Source: Heterodontus francisci
Lineage: Eukaryota
DNA length: 64,000 nucleotides
Direction of reading: 5' to 3'
Assembly: GCF_036365525.1 (NCBI RefSeq)
Contig: NC_090400.1
Coordinates: forward strand, 28,385,353 to 28,449,352
Below the pieces are notes generated by a model. It was not told the DNA's origin and did not search any database. It saw nothing but the letters and a program-made list of their open reading frames with translations. The first letter of the stretch is position 1. Each line of letters opens with the position of its first letter. Shown piece after piece: positions 62,114 through 64,000 of the stretch. The translations under genes and the position numbers were made by a program.

Positions 62114-63125
62114 CTAGGAACATAGGAACAGGAGCAGGCTATTCTGCCCATCAAGCCAGCTCTGCCATTCAGTACGATCATGGCTGATCATACACTTCAA
62201 TGCTTTTTTCCCCACACTATCCCCATATCCCTTTATGTCATTGGTATTTAGAAATCTGTCAATCTCTACTTTAAACATACTCAGTGACTGAGCTTCCACA
62301 GCCCTATGGGGTAGAGAATTGCAAAGATTCACAATGCTCTGAGTCTCCTCATCTGTGTCCTAAGTGGCTTCTCCCTTATTTTGAAATTGTGTCCCTTGGT
62401 TCTGGACTCCCCAACCTGGGGAAACATCTTACCTGCATCTACCTTGTCTAACCCTTTAAGTATTTTGTAGGTTTCAATGAGATCACCTCTCATTCTTTGA
62501 AACTCTAGAGAATACAGGTCCAGTTTCCCCAATCTCTCTTCATAAGACGGTCCTGCCTTACCGGGAACAAGTCTGGTGAATCTTTGTTGCACTCCCTCTA
62601 TGGCAATAATATCCTTCCTAAGGTAAGGGGACCAAAACTGCGCACAGTACTCCAGGTGTGGTCTAACCAAGGTTCTATACAGTTGAAGCAGGACTTCACT
62701 ACTCCTGTACTCCAATCCTCTTGCGATAAAGGCTAACATACCATTAGCCTTCTTAATTGCTTGCTGCACCTGCCTGTTAGCTTTCAGTGACATATTAACG
62801 AGGACACCCAGGTCCCTTTGTACATCGACACTTTCTAATCTCTTAAGAAATACTCTGCACATCTATTCCTCCTACCAAAATGGATAACCTCACATTTTTC
62901 CACATTATATTCCATCTGCCACGTTCTTGTCCATTCACTAAGTCTGTCTAAATCCCCTTGAAGCCACTTTGCATTTTCCTTACAACACACATTCTCACCT
63001 AGTTTTAGGTCATCTGTGTACTTGGAAATATTACATTTCATTCCCACATCCAAATCATTGATATAAATTGTGAACTGCTGGGGCCTTTGCGGTACCCACT
63101 AGTTACAGCCTGCCATTGCGAGAAT
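62114..63125 (-). mobile_element. CR1-clade LINE 3' fragment nested in an older CR1
   Basis: LVRPHLEYCAQFWSPYLRKD, with the tail at ~62115. Older CR1 sequence lies on both sides. Confidence 0.88.
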
Positions 63126-63744
63126 CTCTTGCTCTTGTATCTTAATGCCACTTTTTATAAAAGTTTACGTAGTATTTATTGCCTTTGTTGTGTCTTTATC
63201 TTTCGAGGAATTATATGTTGGCATTCTTGGGCATCTTCCTTTTTTTTGCTCCCATAATCCAGTCACTATTTGACATCATCAGCAATGTTCAGTATTACTG
63301 CTTCAATTCCTGTGTCCAGATCATTTATGTATAATGAATCTACAAAGGATCAAAGTAATAAGCAATTTGTAAACATTAATTTTACAAAGATGAAACATTA
63401 AAACTGGTTTCAGATTGCCCAATTTTTAAATGTTTTGAGGTAAGCATGAAGTTGATTCCACATCAGAAATGTGTGCAGCAAACAAATTACTTCAGAGGAA
63501 ATGGTGTAGGTAAATATATAAATGCATGTTGTATGATATTCAGTGATGTGAAAACTAAGAACTGTAAATGAGTGCAGTGACAAAATGTTAATTCTCACTG
63601 CCTGCATTTGTCATCTGGTTTACTGTATTGCGGTTACCTCATTGGGGCTCTTTGTGTGTGGGGTTACTGGTATTGAATTATGTATTGAGTATCTTTTGGA
63701 GAGGGTATGATTGGATTTGTCAGTTGAGATATTTTCAGATTGTC

Positions 63745-64000
63745 CTGTTTGCTGACTTCCATGACAACGTGCAGTGCACTTTACAGTTTGATGGCTCCAT
63801 TTCTGACAGTTTCAGAGTGAAGCATGGAGTGAAACATGGTTGTGTCCTAACCACCGCTCTGTTTGGCATCTTCTTCTCCATGCACCTGACCTTCACCTTC
63901 CCTGCAGATAGGGAAGGAGTCTATTTACACACTAGGTCAGACGGCAAGTCTACAATCTATCAAGTCTGAAAGCAAAAACAAAAAACACATCGCATCCTGA
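63745..64000 (+). mobile_element. Older RTE-clade RT fragment
   Basis: FHDN...GVKHGCVL..LFGIFFS...GVYLHTRSDG. Runs off the window. Confidence 0.8.

Noticed and set aside
48242-64000. TYW1 radical-SAM exons (GYxLIGSHSGVKLCRWTK onward)
   Set aside because: Not found by eye. They most likely lie beyond the window, given the large introns, so this is not evidence of truncation or pseudogenisation.

Overview
Vertebrate nuclear DNA, not prokaryotic. The repeats (HE1-type V-SINE, HER1/CR1 LINEs, Deu-domain SINE, Penelope-like elements) point to a shark or ray. Two spliced genes lie head-to-head, as in human, and the ORF track largely misses both. SBDS is on the - strand (coding exons 1-2 at 3342-3469 and 969-1098; the rest lies left of the window). 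TYW1 is on the + strand (eight exons from 18390 to 48241, covering the membrane anchor, flavodoxin domain and linker; I did not find the radical-SAM exons, which presumably lie right of the window). Three large G-rich tandem arrays sit next to the two promoters. The rest is layered mobile DNA: CR1, L2, RTE, Penelope-like elements, SINEs, MITEs and a solo LTR. The most notable observations are minimal hammerhead-ribozyme motifs in Penelope-like termini, a TSD-bounded Penelope-like element with inverted arms holding a nested CR1 with an internal inverted duplication, a signal-peptide-like TYW1 first exon behind an in-frame uORF, and a minisatellite built on a palindrome resembling an IR-1 nuclear-receptor site. 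I found no convincing evidence of a wholly new gene system. All family assignments are from recall, not database searches.
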